The translations under genes and the position numbers were made by a program. Source: Pocillopora damicornis (Eukaryota). Taken from it: a DNA stretch of 64,000 bases. The notes beneath the pieces were generated by a model, which did not search any database, was not told the DNA's origin, and worked only from the letters and a program-made list of their open reading frames with translations. Below are positions 1 through 13,351 of this stretch, in pieces; the first letter of the stretch is position 1; each line of letters begins with the position of its first letter. The stretch covers positions 124,001-188,000 of the forward strand of contig NW_020845673.1 in NCBI RefSeq assembly GCF_003704095.1, in the 5' to 3' direction.

Positions 1-109
1 AACTTCCTTTCGGCAAAATTCGCGCAAATTCTGGTAGGATGTGCTTGTTTTAATGTTATATATTTACTTACTGTCAACCTTTTGATTGTTGTCCTATGCT
101 GCTTTGCAG

Positions 110-414
110 ACCAATGCCGCATGCCTCTTGGTGCAGAAGACGGCCGCTTGGTCCCAGGTTCTTTCTCGGCCTCTACTTACTATAATCATTATCTGGCACC
201 ATGGCACGGTCGCTTAAATCACCGCTGGTCATGGAGCGCACGTTACCGCCGGCACGGCCAATGGATGCAGATTTCTTTTGGAGGAAGTGCAACAGTGAAG
301 GGAATCGCGTCACAAGGCAGACAGGACGCTAACCAATGGGTAACGCAGTACACACTTGGTCGCAGTACAGATGGCATGAAATTTTATCCATACCACGAGG
401 GACGAGGAACAATG
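110..414 (+). CDS. FA58C domain A1, long exon
   Basis: AG/GT, 305 nt; DQCRMPLGAED..YYNHYLAPWHGRLNHRWSWS. Confidence 0.9.
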
Positions 415-3400
415 GTAAAAGAGATAGAGATTATTGTTACGATTTAATTTTTTCAGACTAATCCTTCACTGAATCCGTGCATTTACTGGACCATATCATA
501 GTATGCAAATGTTCTAGTGCTGCACGTAGCAGGAAGTATGGGCAGATATTAAAATATAGTTCATTACACGATGAGCTTGCATTTTTTTTCGCTCTTGTTC
601 AGATTCAAATTCGAAAATAGGAGTATCATTAAAGTGTATGATTGAGTACAGGGAAAGCAGACATTCCCGTCGAAGCAGAGGAGATAGAAATTCGCGTTCA
701 TGCTTTTTTTTCAAAGTGTTTCCTGTAGTACACATGGAAACAAAGAGGAGAACAAATAGAGGAGCAAGGAAGCTTCCCTCATTTTAATCCTTTAACTCCC
801 ATGAGTGACCAAGACAGAATTTCGCCATCGATACAATAACAAGCAAACAATTGATGGGAACAAAGAAAAAATATCAATTAAGGGATAATTAGTTGTTTCA
901 ATACCAAATTCTCCGCACCACGACAGTGAGGAGGAGTACAAATGAGATCTTGAGAGTTAAAGATAAATGAAGAAAGTCATTTATTTTTGTATGAGTCATT
1001 TGAAACAACTCTAGCCAAGCAATTTGTGCATTTATTTATTTCTATTTCTTTCCTTGTTTTTAGATGTTTAGGGGAAACATGAATCGCTTTGGAATCGTTT
1101 TTCACCTCATCAACAGACCGTTTGTGGCGAGTCACGTTCGTTTTTATCCTCGTGGATGGTACAGCTGGATTTCAATGAGGGTCGAAGTCTATGGATGTTC
1201 CACAAGTAAAGTTCTTTCTACTTTTTAGCCACATTACACTATATTCAAAAACGTTTGAGGATTCGAGTGTACACTGAGAAAAGCGAATTTCCATGTTTAA
1301 ATAATGACAAAAAAAAGCAAATCAGGAAGTAAGATGCCAATCAACAGTACTCAGCGACAGCCATGATTTATCGCTTGCGGGGGAGGGGAGGGGGGGTCGG
1401 AGGGAATGGAGGGAGGCCAGTCGTCGCCAAAAAGGAAAAAAAGGGGGTACTATAGAAAATTGACTACCGACTAACTGCCGATGAGGGGGGAGGGGGTCAT
1501 AAGAACATTACAGAGCCTTATGGGGGGAGGGCAGGTAAATTGTATCGTGACTCGACGAAAATCCTCCGACCATCCCCTCCCCTCCTTCCGCGAAAAAAAA
1601 TGAGTGGTCTTTTAGATTAACTAGATTAACGTTTATCCCTAAATTCTTTTACACCAGCCATGATTGAATGATCATGATAAATCCAAAGCTTATTGCAGTA
1701 TTTTTCCTTTCAGTCGGTCTCTGTAATGGTGTTCTCGGTCTTCAAAATGGCCGTCTAAAGAACAAGCAAATCACAGCATCCTCTTCGTGGCCAGGCCTTT
1801 ACACTTGGCGCGCGAGACTGCATCACAGTCAGGCATGGTGCGCACGGTATAACAATCACAATCAGTGGCTCAAATTTGACTTCCTTCGGCCCACAAAAGT
1901 GACAGGAATCGCCTTACAGGGGAGGTCTAATGTGCACCAGTGGGTAACTCGGTTCCTTTTGCACTCAAGTCTGGATAACGTGCATTGGAATGTGTACAGA
2001 TACAAGAATAATGATAAGGTAAGTATTTACGGTTACATAGGTTTTGCTTTTCTCTTTTTTTAACTCAAAGTGAAAGCTAATGTCGTATCCGGATCCTCCC
2101 GTTCAACTGTAACTGAAATAGCCGTGGAAGGTCTGGGTACGAGACAAGGTCAAAGCAGCAATGGAACTGAGTGGCCCACAAGGCGCCGGAGCTAATCCCG
2201 GTTTTCTTAGCAGTGAGGGACAAATTATTATTCCTTAATGAAAGTGTATGGTGAATTTATTAATTCATCCGTTCCGTTTAATGTCTCAGTACTTTCCTGG
2301 AAGCCGCGATAAAGATTCAGTGGTGACGCAGCCAATAAACCCAGCAATCATTGCAAGATTTGTGAAAATACAACCACGTGGCTGGCGGAGTCATATTTGT
2401 ATGAGAGTCGAATTTTACGGCTGTCCAGCAGGTAAATAGATATTTAACGTAGTTAAGTATGGATGCTGTAATTCTTATGGCAATGGTTACTTCTCTCATC
2501 TCTAAGAATTGCAAAAGACATAACAGAGTATGCGACAATATGGATATTTTTTTCATTGATTTGTCTTTGTCTCTTTTTTATGAGCTCTAAGAGATGGCTG
2601 TCCGGTTTAAATCGCTGGCAGAACTATTTACCCCTTTATATCTCCCACGAGTGTTAAAGAAATAATCTCTCCTCACACTATCAAAATTATATCAAGCAGA
2701 CAAGTGACGAGATTAAAAAAAAAAATTTCAACGAGGGGATTATTAGTCGATCCAATACCTATTTCTCTGAACTAACATCATAAGAATTTTATGGCAGATA
2801 GTAAGGAGAATTTTTAATGAGAAAAGGTTAAATTGATTAAATCGATTGAAACAAAACCCCGCAAAGTAAAAGGGAGAAGCTAGTGTTTGCTCGTGAACCA
2901 TTTCCATAAAGATATTTACCAGCATGGGTATAAACTATAACTTTAAAGTATTGCTCCTTTTGCAGATCGTTGCTTCGTACCTCTCGGAATGCAAGATGGC
3001 CGCATTACAAAATCCCGCCTTCGCGCATCTTCCATGTACAACTGGTACTATGGACCATACAATGCTAGGCTACAGGCGCGAAACTATGGCTCCACACGAG
3101 GAGGTTGGATCGCCAAGATAAGAAACACTCAGCAATGGATTCAGGTTGATTTGGAAAAACCCTCTACACTAAAAGGCGTCGCTACCCAGGGTCGCTATGA
3201 CGCATATCAATATGTAAAGTCGTACCTCATCACTTACAGTGGAAATGGAAGGCGCTTTTATCCGTACAAAGAAGGGAGCCGGACAAGGGTAATATGCTAC
3301 TATCATCACTGTTCGTTTTCTATCTGCAGTATTCAGAAACGTTCAAAATATGAGCTACTCTCGATGTAATAAAAATTTTTTTTTTTTAACGTGGTTAAGA

Positions 3401-6400
3401 AGTTTTAACCCTTTACGCCCTAACATTAGGATTCATATTCTCCACACTTTCCCTTTACAAGGAAGATTTTTTTGACAACAAGGAGCTTCTTAAATTGGTG
3501 ATAGTTTCCTTTATTTTTATTACTTTTACATTTGATTCAATTGATAATTCATTAATAATTATTATTAATAATTATTAATTATTAATAATTATCATTAATT
3601 AACATTAATACTTTAAGGAGAAGTTAAAAGCTAGTCACTCTTAGGGGTAAAATGACTGAAGAGGAACAAGCTTTTACATTCATTTGCTTGGTTTGTGAAC
3701 CCTAGGTTGAATTGATCGAAATAGCCTTTTGTTCTTGAAATAAAAAACCATGGTTTTGATCTTTCACTACTTTTCACAGTCTCATTAGTGTCTTCAGGTC
3801 TTTGCTAACGTCAGTCATCTTATTGGTCAAATATATTGTTTATAGATGTTTAGTGGCAATAGTGACAGATACCACGTGGTCCTACATCGCTTTGTAAAAC
3901 CATTCAGGGCACGGTATGTACGACTGCATCCGAAATCCTGGTTCCGGTACATATCTTTGAGAATGGAACTGTACGGCTGTAGACACGGTGAGTGTGGCAA
4001 TTACAGAGAGTTCATTCACCTTTTTACACCCTAACATTAGTATGCATATTCTTCATACTGTTTTCTATACATTCTCTAAAGAGTCGACGAGGAGAATTTG
4101 CTTAACAATCAAGAGCTTCTTTACCGTTTTATCGTTTCCTTTACACCCGTTTGAAAGATTTCCCTCTGGCTTAATTATTGCTGTGTTTGACGCCATTTTC
4201 CACTTTAGGTCCTCTGTGTAACCGACCGATGGGAATGCAGAGTGGTCGTATTCACAACAGCAAAATCACTGCTTCGTCTAATTGGGACCCATTCCATGCC
4301 GCGTTTCGCGCCAGATTGCATCATGGTAAAGCTGGACGCTTCATTGGAGCATGGAGTGCGAAAACTAACAATCGTTATCAATTTCTGCAGGTGAATACTA
4401 AAAAAAAATCATTGTCGATAAATGAAAAGCTTGTTGGAAGTATATGATTCATGGTTGAGTCAAGTAAAACGCTATTTTATCCAATGAATGTTATAAATAC
4501 AAACGTAACTAGCCATGAAGATTGTTCGGTGTTAGCACATATCAGGCTCGCTAAATGCTTCCTGACAATTGTTCCGACGAACGTGGAAGGACATTAAATA
4601 TTTCCTTCCTGGCTTTGCACACAATGTTGTTGCACAAACTCGGCCAATCCGTAAGATAGGGACTAAATTCCACTCATCAAATCGACTCACCCCGAATAAG
4701 CCGGTTATTGGTCAGAGTGACCTATGCAAGAGGCTCTTAGATTGATTGAGTTATTGCCTAGCTTAGTGGGCGCTTGGCTAGAAACAGCGTCATTTTTAAA
4801 AGCGCATGGTTTTTCATTTATTTTTTCCCGCTCATACTGGAACATGCGCCCTCCGTACTCAATCGTTTGGCACGCTGCTTAAGAAGTTATTCAGCTGTTG
4901 GATAAATGTTTTTTTTATTTTAAAATAGGTGGATTTTTCAAGAGCTGCTCTCATCGTCAGAGTCGCAACTCAGGGGCGACAGGACTACAGACAGTGGGTC
5001 ACACAATATTATTTGAGATACTCTTTAGACGGAATTCACTTCGTTGACTACAAGCAACGTCACACTAGAAAGGTAGATATTTATAATCAAAGATCGAGCA
5101 ATTTTCAATTGATTGTCGAAAGTAATCCGCAATTGCTTTGGTTTTGCTTAAATTTGTTCTGCGGGTGGTCTGAGAGTTATTGCACGGGAAAATTTAAAAG
5201 AAGACTTGAAGGATTTAAATCCACGATCCACTCGGTATAAAGCTACTTACATGTCTTGTTAAGGTCTGAAGTTTCTAAAGAAATTCTTTACGAATTGCAG
5301 AAGTCGCTCAGGCGTGTTAACACCCATTAAACTGGATCTTAGCCGAGAACGCGCCTAAATTGCCTTCGGGACGACGTTCTTTTAGTATATCTTTAGGCTA
5401 AGCAGTGATGGTGTCCTGTTCCTAAGTGCCTGATGTGTTATGCCCTTTGTTTGTCTTAGTATTTCCCAGGAAATCGCGATCAGAACACGGTTGTATCACA
5501 CGCGCTGGTACCCAATATAAGAACGAGGATTATCCGTATTGTGCCCTGGCATTGGTATGGGCACATCTCCATGCGAGCAGAGTTTTATGGATGCCTTACA
5601 GGTTTGTTATGAATATGAAAGCGATTTTCGCGGTAATAAACACTTTCAAGCAGTAGAGAAAATCACACAGAGTGTATAACTGAGTATAGAAGTCTGGCTA
5701 CAAGACTGACTTGCTCAGCTACCGAAGCTTATCCCAGTTTCTGTGGCATAGAGTGACTTAGCCTGCAGAATAGGCAGACACGTGCGAGAGGCGTCCGTGA
5801 AAGGCGAGTCACACGCGAGATAGAGAACTTTGATTCTCGTATACGACTCTTTTCCGCACTCACATCTCCTGCTTGTCTAAGCTCTCTCATAAACAATGAA
5901 ATGACTCCCGCAGGCCACGTTACCCATAAGTATTACGTTTATTTTTCTTTACATGTCATTGACACTCATTATGTAACTCGGTCGATCGAGGCTCTGTGGA
6001 ACGCAATGGCCTGATCAGGGTTTGCACTGATTAAGACATGTAGTTGAGACCAAAATTATTTTGCGTGCGGTTTTAAATTAAATCATAAACGCTACTGTCA
6101 CTAGGTCTTGTGAAACAAGACTCACTATGGAGTTCTGAAGCTTTGCAGAAAATTATAGTTTTTGTAAAAGAACAGTCATTCACAGATTACCAATATCGAG
6201 AGACTCATTTTAACTGCATATTTCTTTCGTTCTCTTAAAGATCATTGTAAGATGCCTCTTGGTGTGGAAGACTATCGTATCCCTTCTGGCTCACTTCAAG
6301 CATCATCTTCCTGGAACTACAACCATGGTCCAGACCGCGCGCGAATCAACTTTCCTTCGGGACATAGTCGGTCAGGGGCCTGGGTTGCGAGAGGCAGAAA

Positions 6401-9400
6401 CACAAATCAGTGGCTACAGGTGGAACTGGATCGACCGGCCAAAGTTACAGGCGTGGCTACTCAGGGTCGGCATGATGGCCACCAATGGGTTACCAGTTAC
6501 ATTGTGTCTTACAGTTTAGATGGAAAGTCGTTTAAGGCGTATCTTGAATTTGGTAGAACCAAGGTTGGTAATTATTTCTATGTAAAAGTCCTTTCTCGAC
6601 TCTTTTCAAAATCTATCTGGGGAATAAAATGAAATACATTGCGACAACTGAATACCATTCCTACTATAAATTGAAAAAAAATTGAGAATGTCTGTTGTAA
6701 GGTTACAGACGATTCCGGTATTCAGATTTCTCTAGATTTCGTTGTCAGTTTGTTTTCTAGCTTTTTCAAAGTTTATCAGAGTTGAAGAAAGATTAAGAGA
6801 GATTAAGTAAAAATAGCGGAATTGTCTGCCAAGTGGTAAAAACAGTGTCTTCCGATATTTTTTGGTTGACCTTTAAAGTAAGCAGATTCACTACATGACT
6901 TAATGACCTTTAATTATTCTTTTGCTGGAAGTTAATACTGGAATAAGTAATTCCTGCTTTTTGAACTCGCCAGCTGAGCGGTAGGCTATCGCTTAAAACT
7001 AGAAACAGGATTTTAAAACAGATGCGGCATCTTTCAGTGTAAATTTTTATTGGTTCTCAAGTCTTATAGTAGTGTGAGAAAAATGTCACTTTCGAGGATG
7101 TTTTTGCAACTTTCCAAGTTGCAAGTTGTATCCCAGTTGCATATTTCTTCAATTTTTTCGTACATGAAATGTTCTATACACCGATTCGCAGGTATTCAGC
7201 GGAAACTTCGATCGCTACACGATCGTGATACACGAACTTGCTCCTCCGATCAGAGCCAAATTTGTCCGATTTTATCCGAAGTCGTTCCGAGGCGGCATCG
7301 CCATGAGGGTAGAGGTTTTTGGCTGCTATTATGGGGGAGGTAAGGATATCTTTGTGACAGGTGCAGTTATATGAGTATACGAGGGAACATATTTGGTTGG
7401 TTCTTGAGTTAAAAGAAATTGGGTTTGGCTATCATCATAAAATTTTGCCTGTTTTTAGTGTACAAGAGTTTCAATAAGCTCCTTCTCTAGGCAAGCTTTG
7501 TCTATCTTCCTGTTACATCTCTGCATGAGTATTGTGGTCAAGATTTTGGTCAAAAGCCCAGGGATTGATTGACAAGCTGTAAACTAAAGCGTTCGAAGTA
7601 ACCATTGCAAAGCAGAGGCTCGATTTCGATAGCGAACGTTAAGAATTTCTTTTTCCTCTTCTGTGGACATGCCATCGGATGAAAAACATTGTCTTTCACT
7701 ACAGAAGATTCGTCGTCGTTGATTTGTTTATCAGCTCAATTAATTTAATGGTTTATTTTCCCATTTGTCAACAGCTCGTTTCTGTACCAATCCAGTCGGA
7801 ATGCAAAATGGGAAGATCAAAAATGGCCAAATCACCGCCTCCTCAATGTACAATCAGTTCCACGCACCGTGGCTTGCCAGGCTCCACCGCGCCAAACATG
7901 GCCGCTACATTGGCTCTTGGTCATCAAGACACAACAATCACAATCAGTGGCTACAAGTTGACCTGGGAAAGACCATGAAAGTGACTGGTATCAATACTCA
8001 GGGACGACAGGACGCCCATCAGTGGGTGACTGCTTATTATGTGTTCTACAGCTTGGATGGAATGTACTTTGCTAAAGTGAAGCACTGGTGGAATTATGTG
8101 AAGGTTGGTGACTGACGTTGTACAGCTCTGTTTAGTTCTGTTTTAGCTCACCGCACAGGGAAATCTACTTGGAGGTAAATGTTTGTGCGCGTTTACATGA
8201 ATAAAGACGTTTAGGCGAGTCAAACCCTCGTCGAGAGCCGAGTTGAATGGTTGAAATTTTTTTGTTCCTTTTTCTTATGAAAAAATTGCCATACGTTGCC
8301 CACTGACTCATGTCGGTTTAAAAACTGACCACTTGTTTTTGCAATTTTCTTCCAATTCTAGGTTTTTGATTATCATTAGCGCTTTTTGCGATAATTCAAT
8401 CCGAAATCGTGTGAGGAGCCTTCAGTGAAGCTTGGTCAAAATGTTATCAAGGTTTATGATTTGGTCAGCTTTCCATATATATTTTTCCATGGGCGATAGA
8501 CTTCACTTCACTTCAAAGTTTAACCCGCAAATCCTAACATCAGTATGCATATTCTCCATACATTTCCTAAGGTGCTGAAAAGGAGAATTTTCTTAACAAT
8601 CCAGAGCTTCTGTAGTCTTTGATCATTTCCTTTATTCTTATAACCTTTATATGTGATTCAGGGTTGATACTGTAATGAGAAGTTAGAAACAATGCAAGTC
8701 ACTCTAATGGACCAAAGAGTTAAATTGGCACACACAAAAATTGTCCAAATATCTTGAAAGAACTAGAAAGGATTCATCAGTGGTAACAAAACACCTACGC
8801 ACTCCATGCCGAAGTAGACAAGGGGAAGACCTACCTGATTATAATGACATAACCTTCATGGATTTTTTTAATGTTTCTTTCGCAGCAATTCCCAGGCAAC
8901 TACGACAGATATTCTCTACGTACGCACGCTTTCAGGCCAGCTATTTACACCCGCTTCGTTCGTATCCAACCACGAGGCTGGAGATCACATATTTCCATGA
9001 GGATGGAGCTGTACGGATGTCCGTGGAGTAAGTGGGGCTCTCTACACTTTAAAGAACTATAGGAAGCTATTTTCGAGAACCCTCCCTTAAAACCTCTTTC
9101 AATCCAGCATAACTAGAACCGTAGACGGAAAGCTGAATGAAAAGTCAAACCTTAACTTAACTTGTGGTCGGTGTAAGTGTAGACATAACTTCGCTTTCTG
9201 TGGAGATTTTTTGACGATGATTTCTCCTTCCAAGCGTTTCTAAGCTAAAAAGAAGTATTAAACTTCTCTTGAGCAATTTTGATAGAATTGTTTTATTTTT
9301 TTTGTTTTGATTCAGTTATACCATCTACAAATAGTTCTCTCAAGCCGCGACACACTTTTTTGCCCACTCTTGCTTTACATCAGTCTCTACTTATTTAATA

Positions 9401-12400
9401 CTTTTTTCCTTGTTTGATGACCAGAAAGACGCTTGTAACATTGATGATCCTAATATTACCCAAGACGCTTTTGCGTAAACCTATTCTATGGAGTCGGCCG
9501 ATCAGAACTGGCTGAACTAGAGTTCAATCTGTCCCAAGCTAGTCACTAATGTTTAACGTATTTCTGTAAATTTTGCTTATGTTTTCTAGGTCATTGTGAT
9601 ATGCCACTCGGTCTCGAAGACGGCCGTGTGCCAGACCAAGTCATGACTGCTTCTTCGTACAACAATATTTACGATGCGCCATGGAACGCCCGTCTCAACA
9701 GGCGGCGTTACAGTCGTTTTGGCGGAGGATGGTCACCGCGTAGAAATGACGGACATAGGTTTCTGCAGGTTGACTTCCAGGCTTTGGCGAAAGTGACACG
9801 TGTCGCTACCCAGGGAATGCAAAATGCCAATTACTGGGTGAAGAAATATTACATTAAATACTCAAGAACTAGAACTGGATTTGCTACATATCGCGAAGGT
9901 AGAACCACAAAGGTATGTTTTACTTACTTATGTGATGTTAAAGCTTCATCTCCAGACTTTGCTCAGATTCTCAGACGGTTCGAGGACGCTCTTTTCAAGG
10001 AGATCACCTTAACACTTCCGACCGATTGAATAGATTCTTCCATTAGCTCAATCGTATCGATCGTTTCATTTGTATTTCCTTTTTTTGTAGATTTTCCGTG
10101 GAAACAATGATAGATACATCACCGTGGAAAATAGGTTTGCCCGGGTTCTCCATGGAAAATACTTCAGAGTTTACCCTGTTTCTTGGTACTCTTGGATTGG
10201 CTTGAGGGTCGAGTTCTATGGATGTGTGTACGGTAAGATTTCACTTGAGTGGCGAAGTTTCTTCATCTCTAAAACTTGAAATTAGAAGTGCCGAGGTAAC
10301 TGTACTCTTACTGAGTTGAATTTCAAATCTGACAGCGCTTGACAGAAGGCAAAAGAGACATCGATGTGATCAACGAAATATCGTACGAAAAGGTAGAGTT
10401 AACTTATTGAAACCCCGAGATCACAAATTTTGCGTGAAGTGTCATTTGAAAGGGCAGACTAAGCTGATTGGAACACTCAACTCAATATCACAATTCAGAA
10501 TCTTTCCGCTTTCCGGATATAATTACACAAATTTTCTCTAATCAATTTCTGTTTCATTAAGAGTGGAAAAGAATATGTGAATATGTGAATGCTGTAGATT
10601 TTGATATCTTATCCCAAATTTAACGAAGTAAGGAAATTTATTTCTTACCTGGTTAATTTGCCCATAAAAACACAAGTGTTGAGAACTTAAGGTAACATTT
10701 TTTATAAAAATTCTTAGTAATACATTAATTTTACCCCTCAATTTACAGGAAAGCGATGTAACCAACCTTTGGGCATGCAAAATGGTCGCATAAAAGCAGC
10801 ACAATTATCCGCCTCCTCCAGTTGGGACGGAAATCACGTGCCTAACAACGGCAGGCTTCATCTCCGCCGCGTTGGCCATCGAGTGGGGGCCTGGTGTGCT
10901 CGACATAACACTCGGTACCAGTGGTTTCAGATCGATTTTTACCGCGCTGTAAGACTGGTAAAAATCGCTACACAAGGAAGACAAGATGCTGCTCAGTGGG
11001 TCACTCAGTATTATCTCAGCTACAGTCAAGATGGCGCACACTTCGCGGAGTTTAAACATAACAGCAACCGGAAAGTAAGTTCGGTTATTTAATTTAGAAG
11101 CAGTATTTTTGTACTACTTTATTGGACCATGTCATTCGCCGTGCAATAAACTTTCGGAAGAAAGTAGAAAAGAATCGTTCTAGCAATTATAAAAGCCTAA
11201 ATCAAGGATAAGTATCATATCTAAATAATTCGCCAATGCGTGCTATTTCTGAACTGTAAACAGAGATTTGTAAGTCACGTTTGCCACTAAGTTTTAGTGC
11301 TAATAGTAGTATATGATTCAAGCGTGGCGCTAACCTGGAGGTTAGGAATTTTTTTAACACTTGATATGCTGCTTTTGCGACGTTGCTTAGTGGGCGATTT
11401 GATTTCATACACTTGCCCTGAAATAGCGCCTAAAGCCATTCTCAGAATAACTCTTTACACTTAAGCATCAGTATCCATTTTCTCCCTACTATGCTCTATA
11501 CATTTCCTAAGGTGCTAACAAGGAGACTTTGTTTAACAATCAAAAGCTTCTTTAGTTGGAGATCATTTCCTGTATTCTCATGACCTTAATGTTTGATTCG
11601 GGAATGACGTTGTAAGGAGAAATCAGATGTTAGTCACTCTTAGCTCTCAAAGGGTTAAAATTTAGGCTTTAGAGAACGAACAGTAAATAACGGTTCGTCT
11701 TTTTTTATTTTCCCAGTACCTCACGGGTAATAGAGACCAAAACAGCGTGGTACAGCATCGTTTATTCCCGCAAATCAGAGCGCGTTTTCTCCGTGTCCAT
11801 CCTTGGGGCTGGTACCGACATATCTCTATGAGAGTGGAGCTGTATGGGTGTTCTACAGGTTTGATGTCGTCCTTATAGAAATCAAAGCAAAATTACGATT
11901 CCTGGGTGTTACATGGTTCATCCTGTTCTACCTAGTATAGTACACGCAAAGTGCTTTAAGTAGGACGCGCCTTATTCAGCGCTAATATTGCCTTCTATCT
12001 ACCCCTGCCTACCCCTCCCCTAACCCAAAATAACTCTGACTTGTTATCAGTTGACTGTGGTCGGGGTAGGGAAGGGGTAAGTATAGATTTGCTCAGATAC
12101 TGACTCCGATTCTACGATTCATTGGAAATACGTGTTGAAATAAGACATTTTTTCCTAAACATGTATGCTTGATCTTTTTTCCTTTTTTTAAATTTTGGTA
12201 TACTGTATTGTGGGGAAGAATCAAGGAAAATTTAAAAAGGTCCGAAAAAAACCTCTATTTCTAGGAAATAGCCTTATTAATGAACCAATACCTGACGTTA
12301 ATGGGCTCAAATATTTTTTTTTACCTACCCTTGCCCCTTGTCATCAGTATATTCTATTTGTCGTTTGTAACTTTACGATTTCGTCCTTTTCATTTTCTGT

Positions 12401-13313
12401 TTATTATTTTTATCTTTTGAATAAAAGGACGTTGCTCTCTTCCTCTTGGTTTGGAAGACAAACGTATCACTAATGGCCTTTTATCGGCGTCTACATATTA
12501 CAATCATCATCTGTCCCCTTGGCATGGCCGGTTGAACCACCGCTGGTCATGGAGCGCAAGGACCAACAACCATAACCAGTGGTTCCAAGTGAGTTTCGTG
12601 GGTGTGGTCAGGGCGACAGGGATTGGTACCCAGGGAAGACAGGATGCTAATCAATGGGTGACAAAGTATATTGTGTCCTACAGTCCTGATTCAACCCACT
12701 TCCGCTTTTACTCTGAAGGGAGGGGAACCAAGGTAAGAGTGTGCCTTGTGTGCCACTTTTTTGTTCTAACCAGATTCTTACGTCGTCTTTAATTTATCAC
12801 TGAAAAGTCGCACGATAACATGGAGTCTTTTTGTTAAACGGTTAAACCAGAGTGTAAGGCTTGATGAGTAAGGCAATCTTGCTAATCACCTTAATCACCG
12901 TGATTACTCATCAATCACCTCTTTGAAATTTTACTATTCTAAATCCTGGCAGGTTTTCACCGGAAACAGCAACAGGCACCCGATTGTGTACCATGATTTT
13001 GTTAAACAGTTCAAAGCCGTGTATGTTCGTATTTATCCAAGAAGTTGGTACGGCTGGATGTCTATGAGGACCGAGATATACGGCTGTTATGGTATGTTAG
13101 AGTTTGCGCTTCGAGGGTGTTTGAGAAACTGAGGGACGAAAATGTTTCATTATTAGTCCGGGACTCACCGATTGATTGATTGGTTTATTGAATGACAGAC
13201 AGACAGACAAGAAGACAGACTAATATGTAGATTGGTGATTGATTGATGGACTGATTGGTTGACTGGTTGATGGACTGATTGACTGATTGACTGGTTGATT
13301 GACAGACAGATTA

Positions 13314-13351
<38 letters not shown>

